Positions 27,064-35,963 of a stretch of 64,000 bases of DNA are shown here, one piece after another. The notes under the pieces are model-generated. The model did not search any database. It was not told the DNA's origin and worked only from the letters and a program-made list of their open reading frames with translations. The stretch is taken from assembly GCA_040387795.1 (NCBI GenBank), contig JAZKDC010000017.1, positions 486,157 to 550,156 on the forward strand. Direction: 5' to 3'. Position 1 is the stretch's first letter. The number at the start of each line of letters is the position of its first letter. This stretch comes from Verrucomicrobiota bacterium (GTDB lineage: Bacteria > Verrucomicrobiota > Verrucomicrobiia > Verrucomicrobiales > V1-33). Both the position numbers and the translations under genes were made by a program.

Positions 27064-27840
27064 ATGAATGCTTGTGAATGGATTCAGTACTACGAAAAAC
27101 ACCGCCAACGGCACGCAGCAGAAGTTTATGACTGGGGCGCGTCCCCGTTGCCTGACCGGGAGCATTCCAGCATCCAGGCCCTTGCGGGATCGTTGGCGAT
27201 TTTCCAGTTGGGAGAGTCCGGCGGAGGGACCCGGCTGCGGCGTTATGCTGAAGTATTGTCAGCGGCGGACCCGGCGTTTGCAGGCTACAGCCGTGCGGTG
27301 GAACTGTTCATCCGGGAGGAAAATGCCCATGCGGAAATATTGAAGGAGATGGTGCGGCGCCTCGGCGGCACTTTGCTGGCGAAACAGTGGAGCAATTCGG
27401 TCTTCCGGTTTATCAGGAGCGCCCTGGGTTTGGAGTTCAATGTGCAGATTCTGTTAAGCGCGGAATTGATCGCCCGGGGTTATTATGGGTTGTTGGCCCG
27501 TCAAGCGCCGGACCCCGTTATCCGGGACAGTTGTCTGAGGATCACCCGGGATGAGGTAGCGCACATCGCGTTCCATGTGGATTTCTTCCGGGACCGTCTC
27601 GCGGTTTGGCCGGCCTGGCGCGCGGCCCTCTGGCGGACTCAATTTCTATGTTTGTTCCAATGCGCCCGTCTGGTGGTCTGGTGGGATCATGGCCGGGCCC
27701 TGCGGGGCTGCGGGATTTCCCGGCAGCTGTTCCAGGAAAAGACGGGGCGGGCTTGTCTGTCGTTTTTGGGTTCCCTGAACAGCCGTGGCGCCAAGTGGTG
27801 GGGAATAAAAGCGGGGTCCGGCACCAGGATTGAAGCGTAG
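27064..27840 (+). CDS. Ferritin-like di-iron carboxylate protein, unknown function
   Basis: Four-helix di-iron ligand pattern E...ExxH...E...ExxH: QLGESGG, EENAHAE, SAELIA, RDEVAHIAF. Confidence 0.6.
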   Translation: MNACEWIQYYEKHRQRHAAEVYDWGASPLPDREHSSIQALAGSLAIFQLGESGGGTRLRRYAEVLSAADPAFAGYSRAVELFIREENAHAEILKEMVRRLGGTLLAKQWSNSVFRFIRSALGLEFNVQILLSAELIARGYYGLLARQAPDPVIRDSCLRITRDEVAHIAFHVDFFRDRLAVWPAWRAALWRTQFLCLFQCARLVVWWDHGRALRGCGISRQLFQEKTGRACLSFLGSLNSRGAKWWGIKAGSGTRIEA

Positions 27841-27850
27841 CTGGAGCAGT

Positions 27851-28681
27851 ATGAAAATATGGCTTATCACCGGGGCATCCTCCGGATTCGGGCGTGAATT
27901 GGCGGCAGCGGTTATCGCGCATGGTCATCGGGTCGCCGTTACCGCACGGGATATTTCCCAGGTGGAGGACTTTGTCCATAACCATCCACTGCAGGCCAAG
28001 GCGTATGCGTTGGACGTGACGCAGCCGGAATCCATCCAGCAGGCGGTCGCGGAGGCGAGGCGGGATTTTGGCCGGTTGGATGTGGTGGTGAATAACTCGG
28101 GGTATGGATTGATCGGCGCCCTGGAGGAGTGCAGTGAGGAGCAGATGCTGCGGAATATCGAAACCAACCTGACGGGGCCGCTGCGGGTCATGAGGGCGGT
28201 TTTGCCCATTTTCCGGGAGCAGCGTGGGGGGCATTTTATCAACATGGGAGCGGCCGCCGCGATTTCAAACTATGCCGGCTTCAGCGTTTATGGCGGAGCC
28301 AAGGCCGGGATGGAGTTGGCTTCCGAAGCCGTTGCGGCCGAGTCGGCCCCGTTTGGAGTAAAGGTGACCGTAGTGATCCCGGGACCGTTCCGCACGGACT
28401 TCATCTCACGTTCGCTGGACCGTGCGGAGCAGTCGGTGCCGGAGTATGCGGCGACGGCTGGCAAGTTTCGGGGTTTCCTCGAAAAGGTGGATGGCAAACA
28501 GCCGGGAAATCCTGCCGCCGCGGCACAGGCGATCATCCAGGCTGTGGAATCCGACAAGCCCCCTTTCCGCCTGGTGCTGGGCAAATACGCCTACCAAAAA
28601 GCACGCCGCCAACTCGACAGGTTGCGGGCCGAACTGGATGGATGGGAAAGCGTGGGGCTGCCGACTGATTACCCGGCTTGA
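27851..28681 (+). CDS. SDR-family oxidoreductase
   Basis: TGASSGFG cofactor motif, NNSG, YGGAKAG (YxxxK). Start at the ATG at 27851. Confidence 0.85.
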   Translation: MKIWLITGASSGFGRELAAAVIAHGHRVAVTARDISQVEDFVHNHPLQAKAYALDVTQPESIQQAVAEARRDFGRLDVVVNNSGYGLIGALEECSEEQMLRNIETNLTGPLRVMRAVLPIFREQRGGHFINMGAAAAISNYAGFSVYGGAKAGMELASEAVAAESAPFGVKVTVVIPGPFRTDFISRSLDRAEQSVPEYAATAGKFRGFLEKVDGKQPGNPAAAAQAIIQAVESDKPPFRLVLGKYAYQKARRQLDRLRAELDGWESVGLPTDYPA

Positions 28682-28694
28682 TCCACCGTCAGGT

Positions 28695-30047
28695 TCAACC
28701 AATAGAATCCAGCTTCCCGGTGCTGTCACCGAAGTTGGCGGTCTTGACGCCCATGCGGTCCATCATGGAAAGGTAAAGATTGCACATCGGGGTGTCGTCA
28801 CGCAGGCGCAGGTGGCGTCCTTTTTTCAGGGTGCCACCGCCGCCGCCGGCCAGAATCACCGGGAGATCGTCGTGGTTATGGCGGTCAGGGTCGCTGATGC
28901 CACTGCCGAAGACGATCATGCAATTGTCCAGCAGGGTGCCGTTGCCTTCCTTGATGCTCTTCAGCTTCTGGAGGAAGTAGGCAAACTGCTCACTGTAGTA
29001 GGTGTCGATTTTGGCGATTTTTTCGAGCTTGGCGGCATCCCGTTGGTGGTGGGAAATGCCGTGGTGGGCATCGGGCACCCCGATCTCGGGGAAGCTGCGG
29101 TTCGAACCGTCGTGGGCGAGCAGGAAGGTCGAGATGCGCGTGGTGTCCGTCTGGAAGGCGAGCACCTGAAGATCGAACATGAGGCGGATGTGTTCCTGAT
29201 AACTCTCCGGGATGCCGGTCGGTTTTTTGTAGTCCGGCATGGACTTGGAAAATTGGTCAGCGCTGGTGAGGCGGCGTTCGATGTCGCGGACGGAGGAGAG
29301 ATATTCGTCGAGTTTTTGCTTGTCGGTGTAGCCGAGGTGTTTTTGCAGGGAGCGGGCATCCTCCATCACAAAATCGAGCACGCTCTTGTTGAAAAACTCG
29401 CGTTTGGCGCGGGCGGCGTCCTCTTCGCTGCTGCCACCACCACTGCCGAACAGTCGCTCGAAGGCCAGCTTGGGGTCGCGCTCCGGGGCCAGCGGGGTGG
29501 TCTCGCTTTTCCAGGCCAGATTGAATTGATAGGAACAGGAGTAGCCGCTGTCGCAGTTTCCGGCGCGGCGGGCTTCGTCGCAGCTCAGCTCCAGGGAAGG
29601 CAGGCGGGTGAGCTGGCCGATGTCGTTGGCGGCCACCTGGTCGATGGAGATCCCGTTCCGGATATCGGCCCCGGCGGTTTTGCGCGCCTGCACCCCGGTC
29701 AGGAAGCTGGCATTGGCGCGGGCGTGGTCGCCGCCGCCATCGCCGTTGGCCCGGGCCTTTTCGTGTTTCAGGCCGGAGATGACCTGGAATTCCGATTTCA
29801 GGTCCTTGAGCGGGGCCAGGGTGGGGCTGAGGTCGTAACTGGACCCATCCTTCCCAGGAGTCCAGTGTTCCATGTTCTTGCCGTTGGGCGTGTAAACAAA
29901 CGCCATGCGCAGAGGCAGCGAGCCGGCAGCTCCGGTTTTGGCCGCGGCCGCCCGTGCGGCAAAAGGAGCGGTGGCTTCCAGAGCAGGCAGGGCCATGAGC
30001 GTGCCGAGACCGCGGAGGAAACGGCGGCGGGAGAATTCCTGGGACAT
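28695..30047 (-). CDS. DUF1552-like exported protein (Tat signal)
   Basis: Twin-arginine leader MSQEFSRRRFLRGLGTLMALPALEA. LRMAFVYTPNGKNMEHWTP...SIDQVAA...HHGISHH pattern, recalled from the PVC-group DUF1552 family. Confidence 0.7.
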   Translation of the reverse strand: MSQEFSRRRFLRGLGTLMALPALEATAPFAARAAAAKTGAAGSLPLRMAFVYTPNGKNMEHWTPGKDGSSYDLSPTLAPLKDLKSEFQVISGLKHEKARANGDGGGDHARANASFLTGVQARKTAGADIRNGISIDQVAANDIGQLTRLPSLELSCDEARRAGNCDSGYSCSYQFNLAWKSETTPLAPERDPKLAFERLFGSGGGSSEEDAARAKREFFNKSVLDFVMEDARSLQKHLGYTDKQKLDEYLSSVRDIERRLTSADQFSKSMPDYKKPTGIPESYQEHIRLMFDLQVLAFQTDTTRISTFLLAHDGSNRSFPEIGVPDAHHGISHHQRDAAKLEKIAKIDTYYSEQFAYFLQKLKSIKEGNGTLLDNCMIVFGSGISDPDRHNHDDLPVILAGGGGGTLKKGRHLRLRDDTPMCNLYLSMMDRMGVKTANFGDSTGKLDSIG

Positions 30048-30219
30048 GACTTTTTGGGAAAAATTTGGGGGATGGAGGAGACCGGAGCGGATCGCGTGCC
30101 GGGGGCCAAAGAGAATGACGGCGGGCCCGGCTGCTTCCTTTCAAGTTTCAGGAACGCCCGCCGGGGCGGAAACGATGCCGCCTTGCACGCCGGTGAAATC
30201 AGCCTACGGCAATCAGCCT

Positions 30220-31311
30220 ATGTCAGACTCCGGATTTTACGTCGTTCCCCCTGCCTTGCACCGTGATCTCATCGCCGCCGCCTATCAACACCGGGGCTAC
30301 ACCGCCGCCGAGGCGGCCGATGCCGCGCGTTTCTGCGAAATGGCCAGCACTCACGGCATCCGGACGCACAATGGCATCAAGGCGCTGCACCTTGACGAAC
30401 ATTTCGGCAGCAAAGCGGGAGGCTGTATGCCGGGCGCGGTGATTGAGGAAATTCCGTCCCGGTTTGCGGCCTCGAAGATCTGGAATGCCAACCTGAAGCT
30501 CGGTCAATCCACCGCGTTTGCGGCGATGGAGGAAGCGATCCGGCTGGCGGATCAATATGGCATCGGGCAAGTGAGTGTGGACAATGCCTTCCACTATTTG
30601 TGGGGCGGTGGTTACGTCATGGATGCGGCCAAGCGCGGCTATATTGCCTACACCAACTGCACCGCCGCCCTCGCCGAGGTGGTGCCTTTTGGCGGGAAAT
30701 TCCCCACCCTTGGCACCAATCCTCACAGTTGGGGATTCCCCACCACCGAGGCCCTCGGTTACCCGGTGGTGATTGATTGGGCGACCAGCACGGTGGCGAT
30801 GGGCCGCGTGCAGCAGCTCAAACGCGAAGGCAAGGAACTCCCGCCCAACGCTGCGGTGGATGCGGAGGGAAAGCCCACCACCGACCCCAACAAGGTGGCC
30901 GCCCTCGTTCCCTTTGGAGCCCACAAGGGTTATGGACTGGCGCTGATCAATGAGTTGGTGGCGGGTCTGATTGGCGGATCGCTGCCGACCCTGCGCAGCC
31001 GCCCGATTCCGGAGGGAGAAAAACGGTCCTGTTGTTTCTATTTCTCGGTGATTCACCCCGATGCCCTCAGCAGTAGGCTCTTTGCCAGAGGCCGCAGCCA
31101 AACCGAAAACCTCAAGGCGGTGCTGGGTGATCTGTTTGGCCACGGCAATGAAACCTGCACTCTGCCGGGCCAGCCCGAAGCCAAAGCGGCGGCTGCCAGC
31201 GCTGCGGCTGGAGGCTTGTTGTTCAGCGAAGCTGAGATTGGGGAATTCAATGTGCTCGCCCGGGAATGTGGCCTGCCCGAGTGGAATCTGGCCAGCTTCG
31301 CACGGGCCTGA
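30220..31311 (+). CDS. Ldh_2 family (malate/L-lactate/sulfolactate-type) dehydrogenase
   Basis: THGIRTHNGI, NAFHYLWGGGY, FGAHKGYGLALINELVAG. Start at the ATG at 30220. Confidence 0.8.
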   Translation: MSDSGFYVVPPALHRDLIAAAYQHRGYTAAEAADAARFCEMASTHGIRTHNGIKALHLDEHFGSKAGGCMPGAVIEEIPSRFAASKIWNANLKLGQSTAFAAMEEAIRLADQYGIGQVSVDNAFHYLWGGGYVMDAAKRGYIAYTNCTAALAEVVPFGGKFPTLGTNPHSWGFPTTEALGYPVVIDWATSTVAMGRVQQLKREGKELPPNAAVDAEGKPTTDPNKVAALVPFGAHKGYGLALINELVAGLIGGSLPTLRSRPIPEGEKRSCCFYFSVIHPDALSSRLFARGRSQTENLKAVLGDLFGHGNETCTLPGQPEAKAAAASAAAGGLLFSEAEIGEFNVLARECGLPEWNLASFARA

Positions 31312-31362
31312 GCGGACGGATTCCCGCCTGGCGGCCGGTCTGGTTCCGGGGCAGGTTGTGCC

Positions 31363-32892
31363 ATGTCCGACTCCGTGCCATTACCCGGATTCCCCTGTTT
31401 GGTCAGTAGCGACGAAATGCGCGGGCTGGAAGCGCGTGCTTTTGCCGCGGGCATCGCGGAGCAGACCTTGATGGAAGAGGCCGGGGCCGGGCTTGCAGAA
31501 TATGTCAGGGAATGCTGGCCGGTTCCCGGAGTGGCGGTGGTTTTTGCCGGCAAGGGGCACAATGCCGGCGATGCTTTTGTGCTTGCAGGACACCTGCTGC
31601 AGGCGGGCTGGCAGGTGGAGTTGCGTCTAGCCTGGCCGGAGGAGACCCTGCGGCCCTTGGCGGCGCTCCAACTTGCGGCGGTGCGGGACCGGGTGACCTT
31701 CGCGGCCGTGGACGCCATCGCGGTGCCGCCGGAGCGTCCGTTGTTGCTGGTGGATGGACTCTTGGGAATTGGAGTGGAGGGACCCCTGCGCGGGGAAGCC
31801 GCCCATGCGGTGCAGGCGTTGAATGCGCTGCGCCAGCGGGAGCAAGCGGTGACGGTGGCGGTCGACTTGCCGAGTGGCCTGGGAAGCGATCCCGGTCCGG
31901 TGGCCGCGGATGTGACTATCACCCTGGGCTGGCCGAAGGATTTGTTGTTCACGGATGACGGGGCGGCTTTCGTGGGGCGCTTGGTGCTGGTGCCCCTGAC
32001 AGGTTTGCCGGGCCCTGCCGGAATGAGGGAGCGGGATGTTTTGGTGACCGCCGCCGGATTGCGGTCGCAACTGCTGCCGCGTCCGGCCTTTGCCAAACAT
32101 AAAGGGCAGGGGGGCCGGATCGGGATTGTGGCAGGGTCGGTGGGGCTGACTGGCGCCGCCCGGCTGGCGTCCACCGCCGCGGTCAGGATGGGCGGTGGAT
32201 TGGTGACTCTGTTTTGCCCTCATCGCGTCTATGATATTCTGGCCGCCAGCTGCCCGCCGGAGGTGATGGTGCGGGCGGTGACGTCTTGCCAGGAAGTGCG
32301 GGAGTTTCCCCTCGATGCCCTGGGAATCGGACCGGGCATGGGGCCGGCTCCGTTGCCGCTGCTGGCAGAGTTGTTGTGGCATGACCCGCGCCCGGTGGTG
32401 GTGGATGCCGATGCCCTGAATGCGCTGGCCGCCGGTCCATGGTCAGGCCGCGGGGCGGTTTCTTTTGCCGGGCCGAGGCTGCTCACGCCGCATCCGGGCG
32501 AGTTGGCCCGGCTGGTGAGCGCCTGGAAGCCGGAGTGGGCGGACCGGCCCCGGCGGGAGCAGGCGGCCGCGCTGGTGGAGGCGTGGGGGGTGACCTTGCT
32601 GGCGAAAAGTGCGCGGTCCTTTGTGATCGAACGTGGCCGTCCGGCGGCGTGGAACGGTACCGGCCATCCGCTGATGGCACGGGGCGGCATGGGTGATGTC
32701 CTGACTGGATTTTTGACCACCTTCATTGCGCAAGGCATGCCGCTTTACGAGGCCGCCGCCCTGGGATCGTGGGTGCTGGGCAGGGGCGCCGAGCTTTATC
32801 ACCAAGCCACCGGTTGGGAGGAGCCGGGCCTCGCGTCCGAGGTCATGCATCACGCGGCCGGGGCCGCGATGGCCGGCCTGCGGGCTGGATAA
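31363..32892 (+). CDS. nnr: Bifunctional NAD(P)H-hydrate repair enzyme (epimerase + ADP-dependent dehydratase)
   Basis: N-terminal YjeF_N (VVFAGKGHNAGDAFVLAGHL) and C-terminal carbohydrate-kinase-like domain (HKGQGGRIGIVAGS...GGMGDVLTG). Confidence 0.85.
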   Translation: MSDSVPLPGFPCLVSSDEMRGLEARAFAAGIAEQTLMEEAGAGLAEYVRECWPVPGVAVVFAGKGHNAGDAFVLAGHLLQAGWQVELRLAWPEETLRPLAALQLAAVRDRVTFAAVDAIAVPPERPLLLVDGLLGIGVEGPLRGEAAHAVQALNALRQREQAVTVAVDLPSGLGSDPGPVAADVTITLGWPKDLLFTDDGAAFVGRLVLVPLTGLPGPAGMRERDVLVTAAGLRSQLLPRPAFAKHKGQGGRIGIVAGSVGLTGAARLASTAAVRMGGGLVTLFCPHRVYDILAASCPPEVMVRAVTSCQEVREFPLDALGIGPGMGPAPLPLLAELLWHDPRPVVVDADALNALAAGPWSGRGAVSFAGPRLLTPHPGELARLVSAWKPEWADRPRREQAAALVEAWGVTLLAKSARSFVIERGRPAAWNGTGHPLMARGGMGDVLTGFLTTFIAQGMPLYEAAALGSWVLGRGAELYHQATGWEEPGLASEVMHHAAGAAMAGLRAG

Positions 32893-32923
32893 AAAGCAAA
32901 TCCGCAGAACGCAGGATCGCGCC

Positions 32924-34015
32924 TCAAGGATTCGCTTTGGCCATCGCTTCCAGCAGGTATCGCAGTGCCGCCATCTCGCCGTCCATCATCATGCGGTCTG
33001 AATATTGACCCTGCACTTCGATCGGGGCGTCTAGAAGATATTGTTCCGCGGGGGCCACCTCGTTAAGGAGGTTGGAAAGCGCTTTCCCTTCGGCGGCAGC
33101 GACCACCAGTTCCTCCGCAACACTCCGGCCGGAATTGGCGATTTCTGTTTCCGGATCCAAATCCTTCAGGAATTTCATCCGCTGCCCCTGCGCCAGCAAT
33201 TCATTCATCAGGGAAGGGGATTCCGTGAACCGTTGTTGTTCGGCGAGCCGCAGTCCCAGTGCGGCCAATTCCTGATATTCCGTTTCCCGTCCCGAAGCCT
33301 TCATTTCCTTCAACTGATCGACGAAAAACACGTTCAGCCCGGAAAAGGCGACGAGGCCGGCCGATGCTTTCGCCATCGGGGCGACCGTTGAAAGAAAGTA
33401 AGTATCCTTCAAGGAAACCCCGCTGGCCAACAAGCCTTCCTTGGCACCGATCATCCGCTCCCGCAGGTAGTGATTGATCTTCCCCTTCGCCTGCAAGGCC
33501 AACTCCAGCGCACTTCTCGTCATCGCAGGGTCTCCCATGGCCACCGCCAACCGCGCCTGGTAATGATATCCCAGCGGATTGTCAGGATTTGCAGCAATCA
33601 TCCGATCTGTCCATTTCTTTTGTTCTGCCGGATCGTCTCCCTTGGTGAATACCAAATTGAGCATCGCCAGACAAACCTGGGGATTCCCCGGAAATTTTTC
33701 CGCGGCTTCCCGCAACACCGTTTCATCCCCGGTCAGGTCCCACATCGCCAGCAGACTCACGGCATCCCGGTTCCGGCTGGCCATCCAGGCTGCACCGCGC
33801 TCCTTGGCCAGTTGATTGAAGGCCTCGGTGCCAAAAGTGGGCAGGGTTTCGGTGGGTGCGCGTGCCGGTGCAACTGTTGCCGCCGGCTGCGGAACCACGG
33901 GTTTTGAGGGGGGCCGGGCCCCGGCCGGTTCAGGAAGCCGCGGGTTCCACCACCACACCAGACCTCCCAGCAAAAGAAGTCCCGAGAAAATCCCTGCAAT
34001 GCTCCGGCGTGTCAT
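32924..34015 (-). CDS. Single-pass membrane-anchored helical protein, unknown function
   Basis: N-terminal anchor IAGIFSGLLLLGGLVWWW, a Pro-rich linker, then an all-helical TPR-like body. No recognised family. Confidence 0.6.
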   Translation of the reverse strand: MTRRSIAGIFSGLLLLGGLVWWWNPRLPEPAGARPPSKPVVPQPAATVAPARAPTETLPTFGTEAFNQLAKERGAAWMASRNRDAVSLLAMWDLTGDETVLREAAEKFPGNPQVCLAMLNLVFTKGDDPAEQKKWTDRMIAANPDNPLGYHYQARLAVAMGDPAMTRSALELALQAKGKINHYLRERMIGAKEGLLASGVSLKDTYFLSTVAPMAKASAGLVAFSGLNVFFVDQLKEMKASGRETEYQELAALGLRLAEQQRFTESPSLMNELLAQGQRMKFLKDLDPETEIANSGRSVAEELVVAAAEGKALSNLLNEVAPAEQYLLDAPIEVQGQYSDRMMMDGEMAALRYLLEAMAKANP

Positions 34016-34060
34016 GGGGGAGGACTAGCGTTCCCCATGCAGCTTGGCAAGCTGCGGGCC

Positions 34061-34160
34061 GAACAAAAGGAGCGCGGATTTGTAATCCGCCCCGGCAACC
34101 CTGGGGCAGCCGGGGAAAGCTACCGCCCAGGCTCCGGGGCGGACTGTAAGTCCGCGCTCC
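34061..34160 (-). terminator. Composite leuA terminator / long inverted repeat
   Basis: GGAGCGCGGA (34069-78) is complementary to TCCGCGCTCC (34151-60). On the minus strand the closing arm is followed by TTTTGTT. Each arm can also form a local GCGGA-7nt-TCCGC hairpin. Confidence 0.5.
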
Positions 34161-34168
34161 GTTTTCCG

Positions 34169-35836
34169 CTAACCAAGCCGGTTCAGGGCGCTGAGCACGG
34201 CTTTGATGGAGGCCAGTTCGATGTTGGTGTCGACCCCGGCCCCCCAGCGGGCGGTGCCGTCGGGGCGGGTAATTTTCAGATAGGCGATGGCGCTGGCGGC
34301 GGTGCCGGCGCTGAGGGCGTGTTGTTTGAAATCGGTCACTTCAAACGGAGGCACCCCTGCATTGATGAGCGACTGCACAAACGCCGCGATCGGGCCATTG
34401 CCGGAACCCGTCAGTTTTACTTCCGCGCCGTCCCGCCGGGCGGAGGCGCGGCAACTGAAGACGCGGTCCACCCCATCGGCATGGAAGTGATGCAGTTCCC
34501 ATGGGGTGGTGCGGTCCACATATTCCTGCCAGAACATGTCCTTCAACTCCTCGCCGCTGACTTCGCGGCCGAGGTGGTCCACCGCGTCATTGGCCAGCGG
34601 ACCGAACTCGCGCTGCAGGTCTTTGGGCAGATCGATCCCGAATTCGCTCTCCAGCATCCAGGCGACGCCGCCTTTGCCGCTTTGGCTGTTCACGCGGATC
34701 ACCTCGCGGTATTCGCGGCCCAGATCCGAAGGATCGATGGTGAGATAGGGCACATCCCAGTGGATGGGGGCCTTGCCCGAGTCCCGCTCGGCGAGACCTT
34801 TTTTGATGGCGTCCTGATGGCTGCCGCTGAAGGCCGTGAAGACCAGTTCGCCGGCGTAGGGCTGGCGCGGGGCGACGGTCATGCCGGTGGTCCGGTTGTA
34901 CATGTCGGCGAGGGCATTGATGTTGGAGAAGTCCAAACCAGGCGCGATGCCATGCATATAACAATTCATGGCCACGGTGACGATGTCCAGATTGCCGGTG
35001 CGCTCCCCATTGCCGAAGAGCGTGCCTTCCACCCGGTCCGCGCCGGCCAGCAGGCCCAGTTCGGTGGCGGCCACGCCGGTGCCCCGGTCATTGTGGGTGT
35101 GCAGCGAGATGATCAGGCTGTCGCGGTTTTTGATATGGCGGCACATCCATTCGATCTGGTCGGCATACACGTTGGGCATGGCGACTTCCACGGTGTCAGG
35201 GAGATTGAGGATCATCTTCCGCTGCGGGGTCGGCTGCCAGACGTCCATCACGGCTTCGCTGATTTCCCTGGCGAATTCCAGCTCGGTGGCGCTGAAGCTT
35301 TCCGGCGAGTATTGCAGCACCACTTCGGTGCCGGTCGATTCCAGGCGGGAGAGCCGGTCCTTGATCAACTGCGCGCCTTGCCGGGCCATGCCGATGATCT
35401 CCTCCTTGGACTTGCCAAAGACCACCCGGCGCTGGGCAGGGGACGTGCTGTTATACAGATGGATGATGACGCGCCGGGCACCCAGCAGGCTCTCCACGGT
35501 GCGCTCAATCAAATCCTCGCGCGCCTGCACCAGCACTTGGATGGTGACGTCGGCAGGAATGCGTTTTTCCTCGATGAGGCGGCGGTTGAAGGCGAACTCG
35601 GTGTTGGAGGCGGCGGGGAAACCGACTTCGATTTCCTTGAAGCCGCATTTCACCAAGGCGTCAAACATCTCCAGTTTTTGGGAGACATTCATCGGCACCG
35701 CGAGGGCCTGGTTGCCATCGCGCAGGTCCACCGAGCACCAGAGCGGCGCTTTGGTGAGGGTGCGGTCCGGCCAGGTGCGGTCCGGCAAAGGGATGGGAGG
35801 ATAAGCGCGGTATTTAACGGAGGGATCAGGAACCAT
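34169..35836 (-). CDS. leuA: 2-isopropylmalate synthase (long, LeuA type 2)
   Basis: PDRTWPDRTLTKAPLWCSVDLRDGNQALAVPM...KEIEVGFPAASNTEF...SLHTHNDRGTGVAATELG. Start at the ATG at 35836. Confidence 0.9.
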   Translation of the reverse strand: MVPDPSVKYRAYPPIPLPDRTWPDRTLTKAPLWCSVDLRDGNQALAVPMNVSQKLEMFDALVKCGFKEIEVGFPAASNTEFAFNRRLIEEKRIPADVTIQVLVQAREDLIERTVESLLGARRVIIHLYNSTSPAQRRVVFGKSKEEIIGMARQGAQLIKDRLSRLESTGTEVVLQYSPESFSATELEFAREISEAVMDVWQPTPQRKMILNLPDTVEVAMPNVYADQIEWMCRHIKNRDSLIISLHTHNDRGTGVAATELGLLAGADRVEGTLFGNGERTGNLDIVTVAMNCYMHGIAPGLDFSNINALADMYNRTTGMTVAPRQPYAGELVFTAFSGSHQDAIKKGLAERDSGKAPIHWDVPYLTIDPSDLGREYREVIRVNSQSGKGGVAWMLESEFGIDLPKDLQREFGPLANDAVDHLGREVSGEELKDMFWQEYVDRTTPWELHHFHADGVDRVFSCRASARRDGAEVKLTGSGNGPIAAFVQSLINAGVPPFEVTDFKQHALSAGTAASAIAYLKITRPDGTARWGAGVDTNIELASIKAVLSALNRLG

Positions 35837-35872
35837 GGGAATACAGAAAATAAATGGTGGGAGGGGAGAGGG

Positions 35873-35963
35873 AAAAAAATCAGCCGCCGTGCCCGGTCTC
35901 CCCGGGAACACCGTGCCGTCGGCCTAAAACAGGAAACGCAGCTCCGCCACCGCATGGCGGAGC
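35873..35963 (-). promoter_or_regulatory. Two tandem terminator-like hairpins in the leuA 5' leader (candidate attenuator)
   Basis: Minus strand: a 9-bp stem GCTCCGCCA/TGGCGGAGC (35941-63) followed by TGCGTTTCCTGTTTTAG. Then an imperfect GC-rich hairpin (35883-35923) followed by TGATTTTTTT (A-run 35873-79 on the plus strand), ending 36 nt before the ATG. Confidence 0.45.

Noticed and set aside
28422-30266. 614-aa plus-strand ORF, plus the 18403-19545 minus-strand ORF opposite dnaN
   Set aside because: These are antisense shadows of the DUF1552-like gene and of dnaN respectively. They have no motifs and atypical composition.
34069-34160. Two tRNA-anticodon-arm-like hairpins (GCGGA-TTTGTAA-TCCGC and GCGGA-CTGTAAG-TCCGC)
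   Set aside because: The flanks lack D-arm (GG), T-arm (GTTCRA) and acceptor-stem complementarity on either strand. The two arms are only ~66 nt apart and are reverse complements of each other. Best read as a terminator-type inverted repeat.
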